Of a stretch of DNA of 64,000 nucleotides, positions 37,469 through 45,819 are shown one piece after another. The position numbers and the translations under genes are program-made. Each line of letters begins with the position of its first letter. Position 1 is the first letter of the stretch. Source of the DNA: an uncultured Erysipelotrichaceae bacterium (GTDB lineage: Bacteria; Bacillota_I; Bacilli_A; RFN20; CAG-826); the NCBI GenBank assembly GCA_902768335.1, contig CACXKR010000002.1:19465-83464 (forward strand), written 5' to 3'. Under the pieces are notes generated by a model, which made no database searches, had not been told where the DNA came from, and worked only from the letters and a program-made list of their open reading frames with translations.

Positions 37469-38587
37469 TTAATCTAAATCTTCACCACTTAAGAAATTTG
37501 GAAGGAAGTCATCTTTTTCTTCCTCAAGTTTTTCTTCACTGTTGAGGTTGGATCCATCAAGTGGATCGCTATTAGTGTTTTCAGCTGGTTTAATTTCGCT
37601 TGGTTCATAAGTAGGAACATGGGTGAAATCAAAGTCTTCAGTGAAATCACTAGCGATAACAGAAACAAGGATTTGATCTGTTAATTCATCGTTGATTGAG
37701 ACGCCAAATTTAATATCGACGTTCTGTCCAGCCGCTTCGATGATGCGGTTGACGGTTTCTTGAGCTTCATATAATGAAACTTCACGACCGCATGTAACTG
37801 CGCATATTGCGCGACGTGCACCATTAATCGATGCTTCAAGTAAAGGCGAAGAAATCGCATTTTGAGCAGCATCTTGAGCGCGGTTTGGACCTTGACCCAT
37901 ACCAAATCCAATTAAAGATATTCCTGAATCTTTTAAGGTATTTTTAACGTCAGCAAAATCTAAGTTAATAAAGGCTGGACGTAAAATTAAATCGGTGACA
38001 GTTTTAACTGATTGAGCTAAAACGCGGTCGGATTCAGCAAATGCTTCGTTGATTGGTTGGGTTCCGCTGACCATGAGTAATTTATCGTTAGAAACGATAA
38101 TAATAGCATCGACAGCCGCTTTTAAATTATTTAAACCTTCAACTGAATTAGCGATTCTCTTCTTTCCTTCGAAGGTAAATGGACGAGTGACAATTGCCAC
38201 TGTTAACGCGCCTTCTTCGCGAGCGATTTGAGCGATAACAGGCGCAGCACCTGTGCCAGTGCCTCCACCCATACCTGCCGCGATGAAGACGAGGTTTGCA
38301 CCTCTAACAATATCTCTAATTTGGTCAGTGCTTGCTTCAGCAGCAGCTTTACCAACTTCTGGTTCACCACCAGAGCCTAAACCATTAGTGATTTCTTCAC
38401 CAAGAACAAGACGATTTGGTGCTTTTGATCTAGATAAAGCTTGGCGGTCAGTATTTGCGACAAAAAATTCAACTGATGAAATATTTTCATCAATCATACG
38501 ATTAACAGCGTTGTTACCGGCACCACCGACACCGATGACGACGATACGAGCTACTGCTTCATAATTGTCTAATTCTTCATTATTCAT
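37469..38587 (-). CDS. ftsZ: Cell division GTPase FtsZ
   Basis: GVGGAGNNAVNRM, GGGTGTGAAPVIA tubulin signature, acidic C-terminal tail. Confidence 0.95.
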   Translation of the reverse strand: MNNEELDNYEAVARIVVIGVGGAGNNAVNRMIDENISSVEFFVANTDRQALSRSKAPNRLVLGEEITNGLGSGGEPEVGKAAAEASTDQIRDIVRGANLVFIAAGMGGGTGTGAAPVIAQIAREEGALTVAIVTRPFTFEGKKRIANSVEGLNNLKAAVDAIIIVSNDKLLMVSGTQPINEAFAESDRVLAQSVKTVTDLILRPAFINLDFADVKNTLKDSGISLIGFGMGQGPNRAQDAAQNAISSPLLEASINGARRAICAVTCGREVSLYEAQETVNRIIEAAGQNVDIKFGVSINDELTDQILVSVIASDFTEDFDFTHVPTYEPSEIKPAENTNSDPLDGSNLNSEEKLEEEKDDFLPNFLSGEDLD

Positions 38588-38604
38588 TTTTCTACCTCCA
38601 AGTT

Positions 38605-39816
38605 TTATTCTTGTTTTGTTTCAACTCTATCGACTTGAGCCACTCTAGCTCTTTGGTCAGATAAAGTGCCTTTATATTTGCTTGATGCGATAAGCGCTCC
38701 AACGAGTGCTGAGAATGATGGGCTTCTAACTCCAATAGCGTTAGGAGTCAAATAATGGATCGATTGATTGTTAGCAAATTTTTCTTTTGCGAGTTTGTCA
38801 AAACCATGCAATGAAGAAAAACCACCAGTGAATACGATTGGTAAAACACTTAAATTCTCTTTGGAATAAGCATCAGTAATTTGTTTCAAAACAACATCGA
38901 ATTGTTTGAAATAAAAATCTTTAAAGAAATCAACGATGATTCGATTCAAATCATCAAGGGAATATTTCACAGGAACATCATTAATAACTGCTCTAGCAAT
39001 AGTTGGTTTAAATGATAATTCGCGATCATTTATTCCATAAAGCTCAATGATTTCACGAGCTTCGTCGTTGCTAATTTGCATTTCTTGAGCAGCAAAAGTT
39101 ACAAGATCATCTCCACCTAACGTGAATGAAGTCGACGCGAATAAAGATTGATTACCAACTAATGAAATAGTTGTTGTTTCCGCACCCATATCGACCAAGA
39201 AATAATCTTTTGGGAATTCATTCATTTGTTTAGCAAGTTCAATTATTCCATAAGGCGCAACGAAAATGCGTTTTGCTCTGATGCCTGCTCTTTCGATAGC
39301 GTTTTTATATTGCTCGATAACGCGAGTTGGTAATGTATGAACCTTTGCTCTTAATCTAAGAAAATTAGATTTTTTACCAACAGGAGGTTCAGCAAATTTC
39401 TGAGTTTCAGTGATAAAGCAATCAGGAATGATATCAACGATTGCGTTTCCACCAGGAATAGCTTCTTTCTCAATTAAAGAAATAACGTTTTGAATATCAA
39501 TTGTTTGAATAATTGAAGTAGGAGAAACAACATTAGTTGTTTTATCTGCTCCAAACACCGCTAATCCACTGGCAGGAAGGATAATGGTAGCGTCAGTGAT
39601 ATGAAGCCTCATTCTAATCTTTGGATCTTCGATATTTGCTAAAGATGAAATGATTTGAGTAAGGGTTGTATCATCAATAATCTCACTACGTGAAATAAGT
39701 CCTGGAATTGGACGAGATGTTTGATATAAAATTACCGGTTTGTCGTTAACGACATCACCGATAATCAACCTCACTTCACGGTTAGTAATTTCAATGACTG
39801 CTAGACGCTTTTCCAT
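38605..39816 (-). CDS. ftsA: Cell division protein FtsA
   Basis: Actin-like ATPase fold (VIEITNREVRLIIG, LVDMGAETTTISL, VFTGGFSSLHG), directly upstream of ftsZ. Confidence 0.9.
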   Translation of the reverse strand: MEKRLAVIEITNREVRLIIGDVVNDKPVILYQTSRPIPGLISRSEIIDDTTLTQIISSLANIEDPKIRMRLHITDATIILPASGLAVFGADKTTNVVSPTSIIQTIDIQNVISLIEKEAIPGGNAIVDIIPDCFITETQKFAEPPVGKKSNFLRLRAKVHTLPTRVIEQYKNAIERAGIRAKRIFVAPYGIIELAKQMNEFPKDYFLVDMGAETTTISLVGNQSLFASTSFTLGGDDLVTFAAQEMQISNDEAREIIELYGINDRELSFKPTIARAVINDVPVKYSLDDLNRIIVDFFKDFYFKQFDVVLKQITDAYSKENLSVLPIVFTGGFSSLHGFDKLAKEKFANNQSIHYLTPNAIGVRSPSFSALVGALIASSKYKGTLSDQRARVAQVDRVETKQE

Positions 39817-39892
39817 ATATTTAGTCCCAATATATTATATATATCAGCAATTAATATTCCAAATGTTTTTATTTTTCTCAACTTTGTTGATT

Positions 39893-40054
39893 TTATTTTT
39901 GAACTCGAGCGATGTGATTTTGATAATAGATAGTTATTCCTACAGGTAATGCGATTGATGCGGTCAACCCAAAAATGATCAAGCTGACAATCATGATCTT
40001 TTTACGGATGAAATAAGACTTTGGCAAATTATGTTTTGTCAGTTTGTCTTTCAT
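39893..40054 (-). CDS. Unannotated 53-aa single-pass membrane micro-protein in the FtsL position
   Basis: ATG 40054 overlaps the rsmH TGA (ATGA). Translation MKDKLTKHNLPKSYFIRKKIMIVSLIIFGLTASIALPVGITIYYQNHIARVQK has a basic N-terminus, one TM helix and a short tail. Confidence 0.5.
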   Translation of the reverse strand: MKDKLTKHNLPKSYFIRKKIMIVSLIIFGLTASIALPVGITIYYQNHIARVQK

Positions 40055-40986
40055 AACCTGTTCCTTTCTATCGCTCTTAGTTTGGCCGATTTGCTTCTCG
40101 GATTATTCTCAACTTCAATTTCACTTGCTGTAATAACTTTGTTATTAACAAGGTGATATTTTGGTTGATCTTCCTCTTTTGGTAACGCAAAGACCAAATG
40201 TCTATTTCCTTCAATTTTTGCGACTTCGTTGAAGGCGTTTTTAACGATTCTATCTTCTAATGAGTGGAAGGTGACAACCACCACTCTTCCACCAACATTT
40301 AACATCTCAAGGGCATCTCTAATAGCAATCTTAAGCGCTCCAAGTTCATCATTAACTTCGATTCGAAGAGCTTGGAAGATTTGCTTTGCTGGGTGGCCTT
40401 TTTTCAATAGTTCTTTTTGCGGCTTACTCGCTTTGATAATATCGACAAGTTGGCCTGTGGTTTCAATTGGCGCTTTTTCTCTTTCTTTAACAATGCGTTT
40501 GGCAATCGGGTAGGAGAATTTATCTTCGCCATATTCTCTAAAAATCCTTGTCAAATCCTCGATGGAATATGTATTAACAATCTTATAAGCATCAAGAGTT
40601 TGTCTTTGATCCATTCTCATGTCTAATCTCGCGTCTTCTTTATAAGAAAAGCCACGATCAGCATCATCAAATTGAGGAGAAGACACACCAAGGTCCATTA
40701 AGATACCATCAACCTTTGTGATTCCTAAAGATTCTAGATTGCTTTTAAAGTTTCTAAAATCATCGCGAATTATGGTTATATTATCGAAATCTTTGAGATT
40801 TGCAGTTGATTCTTTTATTGCTTCTTCGTCTTTATCGAAAGCAAATAATCTTCCACAAGGTATTCTTCTTAAAATTTCTTTACTATGTCCACCTCTACCC
40901 AAAGTTAAGTCGACATAGATACCATCTGGTTTAATATTGAGCGAATCAATCGCTTCGTTTAAGAGAACTGAAATGTGATTAGACAT
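40051..40986 (-). CDS. rsmH: 16S rRNA (cytosine1402-N4)-methyltransferase (311 aa from ATG 40986; the ORF-track start 41022 is GTG)
   Basis: HISVLLNEA, DLTLGRGGHS, GILMDLGVSSPQFD, SLEDRIVK motifs. Confidence 0.9.
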   Translation of the reverse strand: MSNHISVLLNEAIDSLNIKPDGIYVDLTLGRGGHSKEILRRIPCGRLFAFDKDEEAIKESTANLKDFDNITIIRDDFRNFKSNLESLGITKVDGILMDLGVSSPQFDDADRGFSYKEDARLDMRMDQRQTLDAYKIVNTYSIEDLTRIFREYGEDKFSYPIAKRIVKEREKAPIETTGQLVDIIKASKPQKELLKKGHPAKQIFQALRIEVNDELGALKIAIRDALEMLNVGGRVVVVTFHSLEDRIVKNAFNEVAKIEGNRHLVFALPKEEDQPKYHLVNNKVITASEIEVENNPRSKSAKLRAIERNRL

Positions 40987-41407
40987 TTTTAAGTAACTCT
41001 TCGGATTTTTCTTCGAATTCACCTTCGTTTTTCTTTAAATATTCTTCCCATTTGTCTTCGGACCAAACTTCGATATGATCTAAAACCCCCACCACAACAA
41101 CTTCTTTGGAAATTGCATACTTATTGATGAGAGCAGTTGGAATTTGAATTCGATTTACTTTATCGATTTCGAGTACGTAGACACTGCTTAAAGCAATACG
41201 CTCGATATCTCGTGAGAGTTTCGACTCATATGGTAGAGTTTCTAATTTGGCTAAATATTTTTGGAATTGTTCATCTGGGTAAATTGATAATGAACCTTCA
41301 TAACCTTTCATAATGAAAAGCTTGCTTCCGAGTTGACCTCTAAGCCGACTAGGAATCAAAAGGCGATTCTTATCATCGAGTGAATGAAGGAATGAACCAA
41401 AAAACAT
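40979..41407 (-). CDS. mraZ: Transcriptional regulator MraZ (142 aa from ATG 41407)
   Basis: Two SpoVT/AbrB-like repeats (DDKNRLLIPSRLR and DKVNRIQIPTAL). Confidence 0.9.
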   Translation of the reverse strand: MFFGSFLHSLDDKNRLLIPSRLRGQLGSKLFIMKGYEGSLSIYPDEQFQKYLAKLETLPYESKLSRDIERIALSSVYVLEIDKVNRIQIPTALINKYAISKEVVVVGVLDHIEVWSEDKWEEYLKKNEGEFEEKSEELLKNV

Positions 41408-41493
41408 TTTTACCACTTTCTCCCACTTTATATTTCAATTATAGTGAAATCGCCTCTTTTTTGTAAATAACTAATTTAAAAAATTAACAATGT

Positions 41494-41524
41494 TTAAAGA
41501 AAAGCACCGCATTTAACGGCGCTT
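41494..41524 (-). terminator. Terminator of the pheST-yceD operon
   Basis: Reverse strand AAGCGCCG-ttaaatg-CGGTGCTT (one G.U) followed by TTCTTT. Confidence 0.55.
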
Positions 41525-41543
41525 TACTATGTAAAAGGAACAA

Positions 41544-42044
41544 TTAATCGTCGAATTCTAATTCATCAAGTTTCGCAAAGCGAGGATCGACTTTTTCTTC
41601 TTTCTCTTTTTCAAAGTCATCAAAGCTAATAACTCGATAATCTTTTCCACCCTTTGGAAGTTTCGCTCCAGGGGCTTTTGGTGATGGAGGAATAGAAGCA
41701 GAAATCGCATCATAAATATATTTGTCTAATTCAATTGAATTACCTTTATATATTGTGATGTCTTCATCATCTTCGTTTGCTCCACTAGCGAAATGCATTT
41801 CTTCAACAGTTTTAATTACTGTATCAAATGGCTTTAATGTGTATGAGCATTGAAGGATGACATTCGTTTTGATATTTAGTGATACATAGATAAATTCTTC
41901 GTATCTTCTAATCTTTGCGTTCACCACTGCTTTTTTAACTTCGATTAAAGGAAGGCATGGTGGAAATTTTTCTTTGTCGAAAAGAATCTCTTCAACCAAG
42001 GTTGTTTCTTTCGTATATGATAATTTGGAAACTTCAATTCTCAT
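41544..42044 (-). CDS. yceD: YceD/DUF177 family protein
   Basis: Typical DUF177 length and acidic C-terminus. The start shares one base with the pheT stop (TAATG). Confidence 0.75.
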   Translation of the reverse strand: MRIEVSKLSYTKETTLVEEILFDKEKFPPCLPLIEVKKAVVNAKIRRYEEFIYVSLNIKTNVILQCSYTLKPFDTVIKTVEEMHFASGANEDDEDITIYKGNSIELDKYIYDAISASIPPSPKAPGAKLPKGGKDYRVISFDDFEKEKEEKVDPRFAKLDELEFDD

Positions 42045-44437
42045 TATTTTCTAAGTTCTGCTCCAAATTTGAGTTCAACAGCTTTAATAATCTGTTCTTC
42101 AATGTCAGAAATTTCCTTATCCGATAAGGTCTTTTCGTTGCTATTTAAGTAGACGGAGAACGCTAATGAATAATGACCTTCTTTAACATGTTCGCCTTTA
42201 TAAACATCAAAGACTTCAACTTCTTTAATTAGGTCGCGATTGATCTTGCGAACTTCGCTTAGTACTTCTTTAGAAGTAACTTTGTCTTCAAAGATAAATG
42301 CAAAGTCACGTTTTACACTTTGATAGCGAGAGATTTGTTCCATCTTTTTAAGACTTGTTTTGGTGTCAAATAACACGCCTAAATCCATCTCGAGAACGAC
42401 AACATTTTCTTTGTCGAGATGATATCTTTTTAAGGTGTTAGGATGAAGTTCACCAAAGACGGCAGCGAGTTTACCATCAATCTTTAATGTAGCGGATTTT
42501 CCTGGATGGAATTCTTGTTCACTACATCTAGCAAGAACAGTTCTTTTCTCATCGATATTAAATAAGGCAAGTAAAGAATCCACTACACCTTTAAGGTGAT
42601 AATAACTATACGCTTCACCTTTAATAGCGAATCTTCTTAAATCATTTCCGACTAAAGCTATTCCTAAATGAATATGCTTTTTATTTTCTTTAGAATAGAT
42701 GTCACTAACTTCAAAGATTGCGACATTATCATTGGAATGATTCTTGTTATAAACAAGAGTGTTCATTAAACTTGGTAATAAATTAGTTCTAACATATTCG
42801 TGTTCGTCAGTGAGAGGGTTCAAAACGCGATATGCTTCGTCTTTGTTAAGGATTCTAAAATCGTTGATTTCGCTTTCTCTCATCAAAGAGTAGTTAAGAA
42901 CTTCATCTAAACCGATTCCTCTAAGATAGCTTCTAACGATGCGTTTCTTTTCAAGATTTGGTTCAAGATGACCAACAAATAATTCGGTAACTGGAAGTTT
43001 TGCTTCGATGTTTTCAAAGCCTAAAATTCTAATCACTTCTTCACTTAAATCAGCTTCTCCGGTGATGTCGATTCTACGATCTGGAATAATAGCGACAAAC
43101 TTTTCGCCTTTTTCCTCGACTTTAATATCGGCAGAGGCTAAAGCACTAAGGATTTCTTCTTTGGAGAATGAGGTGCCAAGTCTAGCGTTAATATACTCAA
43201 ACGAAGAAGCAACCCTAGTTGGTTTAAATTCTGCTTTTAAATAAGTATCAACTTCAGCGATTTCTTTTGCTTCTGCAAGTGAAAGTAATAAATCAGCTGT
43301 CAAATCCATAACAAAGTTATATTGGTTAGGATTGATGCCTTTAACAAAGCGTTGAGATGAATCGCTTGAAAGATTGAGTCTAATTGAAGTTCTACGAATT
43401 GAAGCGTAATCAAAGTTAGCGGCTTCAATAACAATGTTCCTAGTCTTTTCATCGACCGCGCATTCTAAAGAGCCCATCACTCCACCAAGGCACATAACTT
43501 TGCCACTAGAGGTAATGCAAATATCGCCTTTTTGAAGTTTATAAGTCTTTTCGTCTAAAGCAACGAAATCGCCTTCGATATCATCGCGGACAACAAGTTC
43601 CTTCTTTGGAAGCTTGTCAAGATCGTACATATGAAGAGGTTGACCAGTCAAAAGCATGACATAGTTACCGATATCAACGATGTTGTTGATTGATCTAATA
43701 CCAGAGGAACGAAGAGCTTCTTTTAACCAAGAAGGAGATTCTTTGGTAACGATACCTTTAACGACTCTAGCAGAGAATTGCGGACATTTTTCAGTTTTTG
43801 AATCAACTGGGAAGCTAGCTTTCAAATTCTCTTTTACTTTAACTTCAGGAATCTTTGTTTCCTTTGAAAATAAAGTTTTAATTTCTTTTGCAACGTTGAG
43901 AATTGAATATAAATCTGAACGATTTGCGAGCAATTTTAAATCCAAAACAACGTCATCTAGACCGAGGAGTTCTAAAACATTTGTCGAACCAACTTCAAAA
44001 TTAGAAGGCAATTCTTCAATGCCTTTAGTTTGTTCTTCTTTGAGGTATTTAGAATCCACGCCAAGTTCAAGAAGTGAGCAAAGCATGCCATTTGATTCAT
44101 GGCCTCTAATTTGACCTTTTTTAATCGTACCGCCTGGAAGAACGCAGCCATCGAGGGCAACGATAACTTTCAAACCTTTACGACAGTTAGGGGCACCACA
44201 AACGATATCGAGCGTTCCGTACTCAGGTCCACAATTTACTTTAGTAACGTGGAGATGATCGCTATTTTCCATATTTTCGCAGTGAATAACTTCGCCAACG
44301 ACCAATTTGGAACCAGAGGCGATATGTTCTATCGATTCTACTTCCACACCAGCGAAGGTAAATCTATGAGCGATTTCTTCAGGAGTTAAACCTTCTAAAT
44401 CAACGAATTTCTTTAATAAATTAAGTGAGACTTTCAT
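42044..44437 (-). CDS. pheT: Phenylalanyl-tRNA synthetase beta subunit
   Basis: N-terminal tRNA-binding (OB) domain, B3/4, B5 and FDX-ACB domains in order, immediately after pheS. Confidence 0.95.
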   Translation of the reverse strand: MKVSLNLLKKFVDLEGLTPEEIAHRFTFAGVEVESIEHIASGSKLVVGEVIHCENMENSDHLHVTKVNCGPEYGTLDIVCGAPNCRKGLKVIVALDGCVLPGGTIKKGQIRGHESNGMLCSLLELGVDSKYLKEEQTKGIEELPSNFEVGSTNVLELLGLDDVVLDLKLLANRSDLYSILNVAKEIKTLFSKETKIPEVKVKENLKASFPVDSKTEKCPQFSARVVKGIVTKESPSWLKEALRSSGIRSINNIVDIGNYVMLLTGQPLHMYDLDKLPKKELVVRDDIEGDFVALDEKTYKLQKGDICITSSGKVMCLGGVMGSLECAVDEKTRNIVIEAANFDYASIRRTSIRLNLSSDSSQRFVKGINPNQYNFVMDLTADLLLSLAEAKEIAEVDTYLKAEFKPTRVASSFEYINARLGTSFSKEEILSALASADIKVEEKGEKFVAIIPDRRIDITGEADLSEEVIRILGFENIEAKLPVTELFVGHLEPNLEKKRIVRSYLRGIGLDEVLNYSLMRESEINDFRILNKDEAYRVLNPLTDEHEYVRTNLLPSLMNTLVYNKNHSNDNVAIFEVSDIYSKENKKHIHLGIALVGNDLRRFAIKGEAYSYYHLKGVVDSLLALFNIDEKRTVLARCSEQEFHPGKSATLKIDGKLAAVFGELHPNTLKRYHLDKENVVVLEMDLGVLFDTKTSLKKMEQISRYQSVKRDFAFIFEDKVTSKEVLSEVRKINRDLIKEVEVFDVYKGEHVKEGHYSLAFSVYLNSNEKTLSDKEISDIEEQIIKAVELKFGAELRK

Positions 44438-44450
44438 TGTTTAATCCTCC

Positions 44451-45491
44451 TTATTTACGGCTGAATTGTTCGATAAATCGAACATCACCTTGATATATTT
44501 TACGGATATCGTCGATTCCGTATCTAAGCATTGCGACACGTTCGATGCCAACACCGAAAGCAAATCCGCTATAAACTTCTGGGTCATAGCCGGCCATCTT
44601 AAGGACGTTAGGATGAACCATGCCAGCTCCTAATATTTCAATAAAGCCCGTTCCTTTACAGGTTGAGCAGCCTTTACCACCGCAGTTCATACAGGTAACA
44701 TCAACTTCAACCGAAGGTTCGGTGAATGGGAAATATGATCCACGGAATCTAACTTGGCGTTTTTCACCAAACATTTTGCGAATAAATAATTCTAAGGTTC
44801 CTTTGAGGTTAGCAAGGGTGATGCCTTTACCAACGACCAAACCTTCAACTTGTCCGAATTGATGAGAATGAGTTACGTCGTCATCATCTCTTCTAAAGCA
44901 TTTTCCTGGGCAAATCATCATTAATGGCTTGCCTTCTTTTTCATCCATTGCTCTAGCTTGTTCTGGAGATGTATGCGTACGTAAAAGAGTTGTTGGATTA
45001 ATATAGAAAGAATCTTGCATCTCTCTAGCAGGATGGTTAGCGGGAATATTCATTCTTTCGAAGTTATAATAATCTGATTCAACATCAGGTCCTTCTTTGA
45101 CTTCATAACCCATTGATACAAATGTATCAATAATTTCATCTTGAACTAAATAGAATGGATTGATTCCACCCATCTTATAGTTATAACCAGGAAGGGTGAT
45201 ATCGATGGTTTCTTTAGCGAGTTTTCTAGCAATTAAAGCATCGTTAATTTCTTGAGCTTTCTTTTGGAAGGCTTCATTAACAGCACTTCTAGCATCGTTC
45301 ATCGCTTGACCAAATTTAGCCTTTTCCTCGTTAGCGAGATTTTTGATTTCTGACATGAGTTGGGATAATTCAGATTTCTTTGAAAGATGTTTCTCTTGGA
45401 ATTCCTTTAAAGAAGACTCGTCTTTAATCGAAGACATTTCAGAAATAATCTTTTCTTTTACTTGGCTTACTTTTGAGAATATTTCGGACAT
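44451..45491 (-). CDS. pheS: Phenylalanyl-tRNA synthetase alpha subunit
   Basis: Class II motifs (HPAREMQDSFY, FRRD, GFAFGVGIERVAMLRYG). AGGAG SD. Confidence 0.95.
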   Translation of the reverse strand: MSEIFSKVSQVKEKIISEMSSIKDESSLKEFQEKHLSKKSELSQLMSEIKNLANEEKAKFGQAMNDARSAVNEAFQKKAQEINDALIARKLAKETIDITLPGYNYKMGGINPFYLVQDEIIDTFVSMGYEVKEGPDVESDYYNFERMNIPANHPAREMQDSFYINPTTLLRTHTSPEQARAMDEKEGKPLMMICPGKCFRRDDDDVTHSHQFGQVEGLVVGKGITLANLKGTLELFIRKMFGEKRQVRFRGSYFPFTEPSVEVDVTCMNCGGKGCSTCKGTGFIEILGAGMVHPNVLKMAGYDPEVYSGFAFGVGIERVAMLRYGIDDIRKIYQGDVRFIEQFSRK

Positions 45492-45720
45492 ATTTTTCTC
45501 CTTTTTATAAAATAAAATGACACACTAGGAACGAGTTTCCCCGTGGTGCCATCCTTCTTCAACTTTATTTTTGTTGCTCTAAGTCTTAACGCGACTAACG
45601 GTTAATTTCTTAACATGCTCAGAGGTGAATTCGCTCCCAACTATAACTTGTGGGTTCCACTATTCCACATTCCCTATTTATAGATGTGACTGGAGTTACT
45701 ACTTCTCGTCAATGCGCCTA
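45492..45720 (-). promoter_or_regulatory. T-box riboswitch leader of pheST with UUC specifier
   Basis: On the reverse strand: stem I start TTGACGAGAAGTAGTAAC, distal AGGGAA..AGTGGAACC, specifier loop GCGAA-TTC-ACC (codon at 45629..45627), T-box GGATGGCACCACGGG (45541..45554). An imperfect terminator helix and a U-rich tract precede the SD. Confidence 0.8.
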
Positions 45721-45774
45721 TATTATAACGTATTTGCTAACCAAGATAAATATTAATTTATAAGAGCAAGCAAT

Positions 45775-45798
45775 AAAAAAGGACTGGATGTCCAGCCC
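45775..45798 (-). terminator. Terminator of the 759-aa lipoprotein gene
   Basis: Reverse strand GGGCTGG-acat-CCAGTCC (a G.U makes it stronger on the minus strand) followed by TTTTTT. Confidence 0.6.
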
Positions 45799-45819
45799 TT
45801 TATTATAAATACAAAGTAT

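Noticed and set aside
38253-38564. 103-aa plus-strand ORF rich in Pro/Ala. Also similar long antisense ORFs at 17373..17756, 43680..44114, 44099..44389, 40229..40513 and others.
   Set aside because: All are embedded antisense within strongly conserved genes (ftsZ, amidohydrolase, pheT, rsmH). They have low-complexity or nonsense-like composition and no start signals, as expected for chance open frames opposite coding sequence.
39740-39949. 69-aa plus-strand ORF in the ftsA upstream region.
   Set aside because: It is antisense to the ftsA 5' end and to the 53-aa micro-ORF. It is isoleucine/leucine-rich AT-driven sequence with no start signals.
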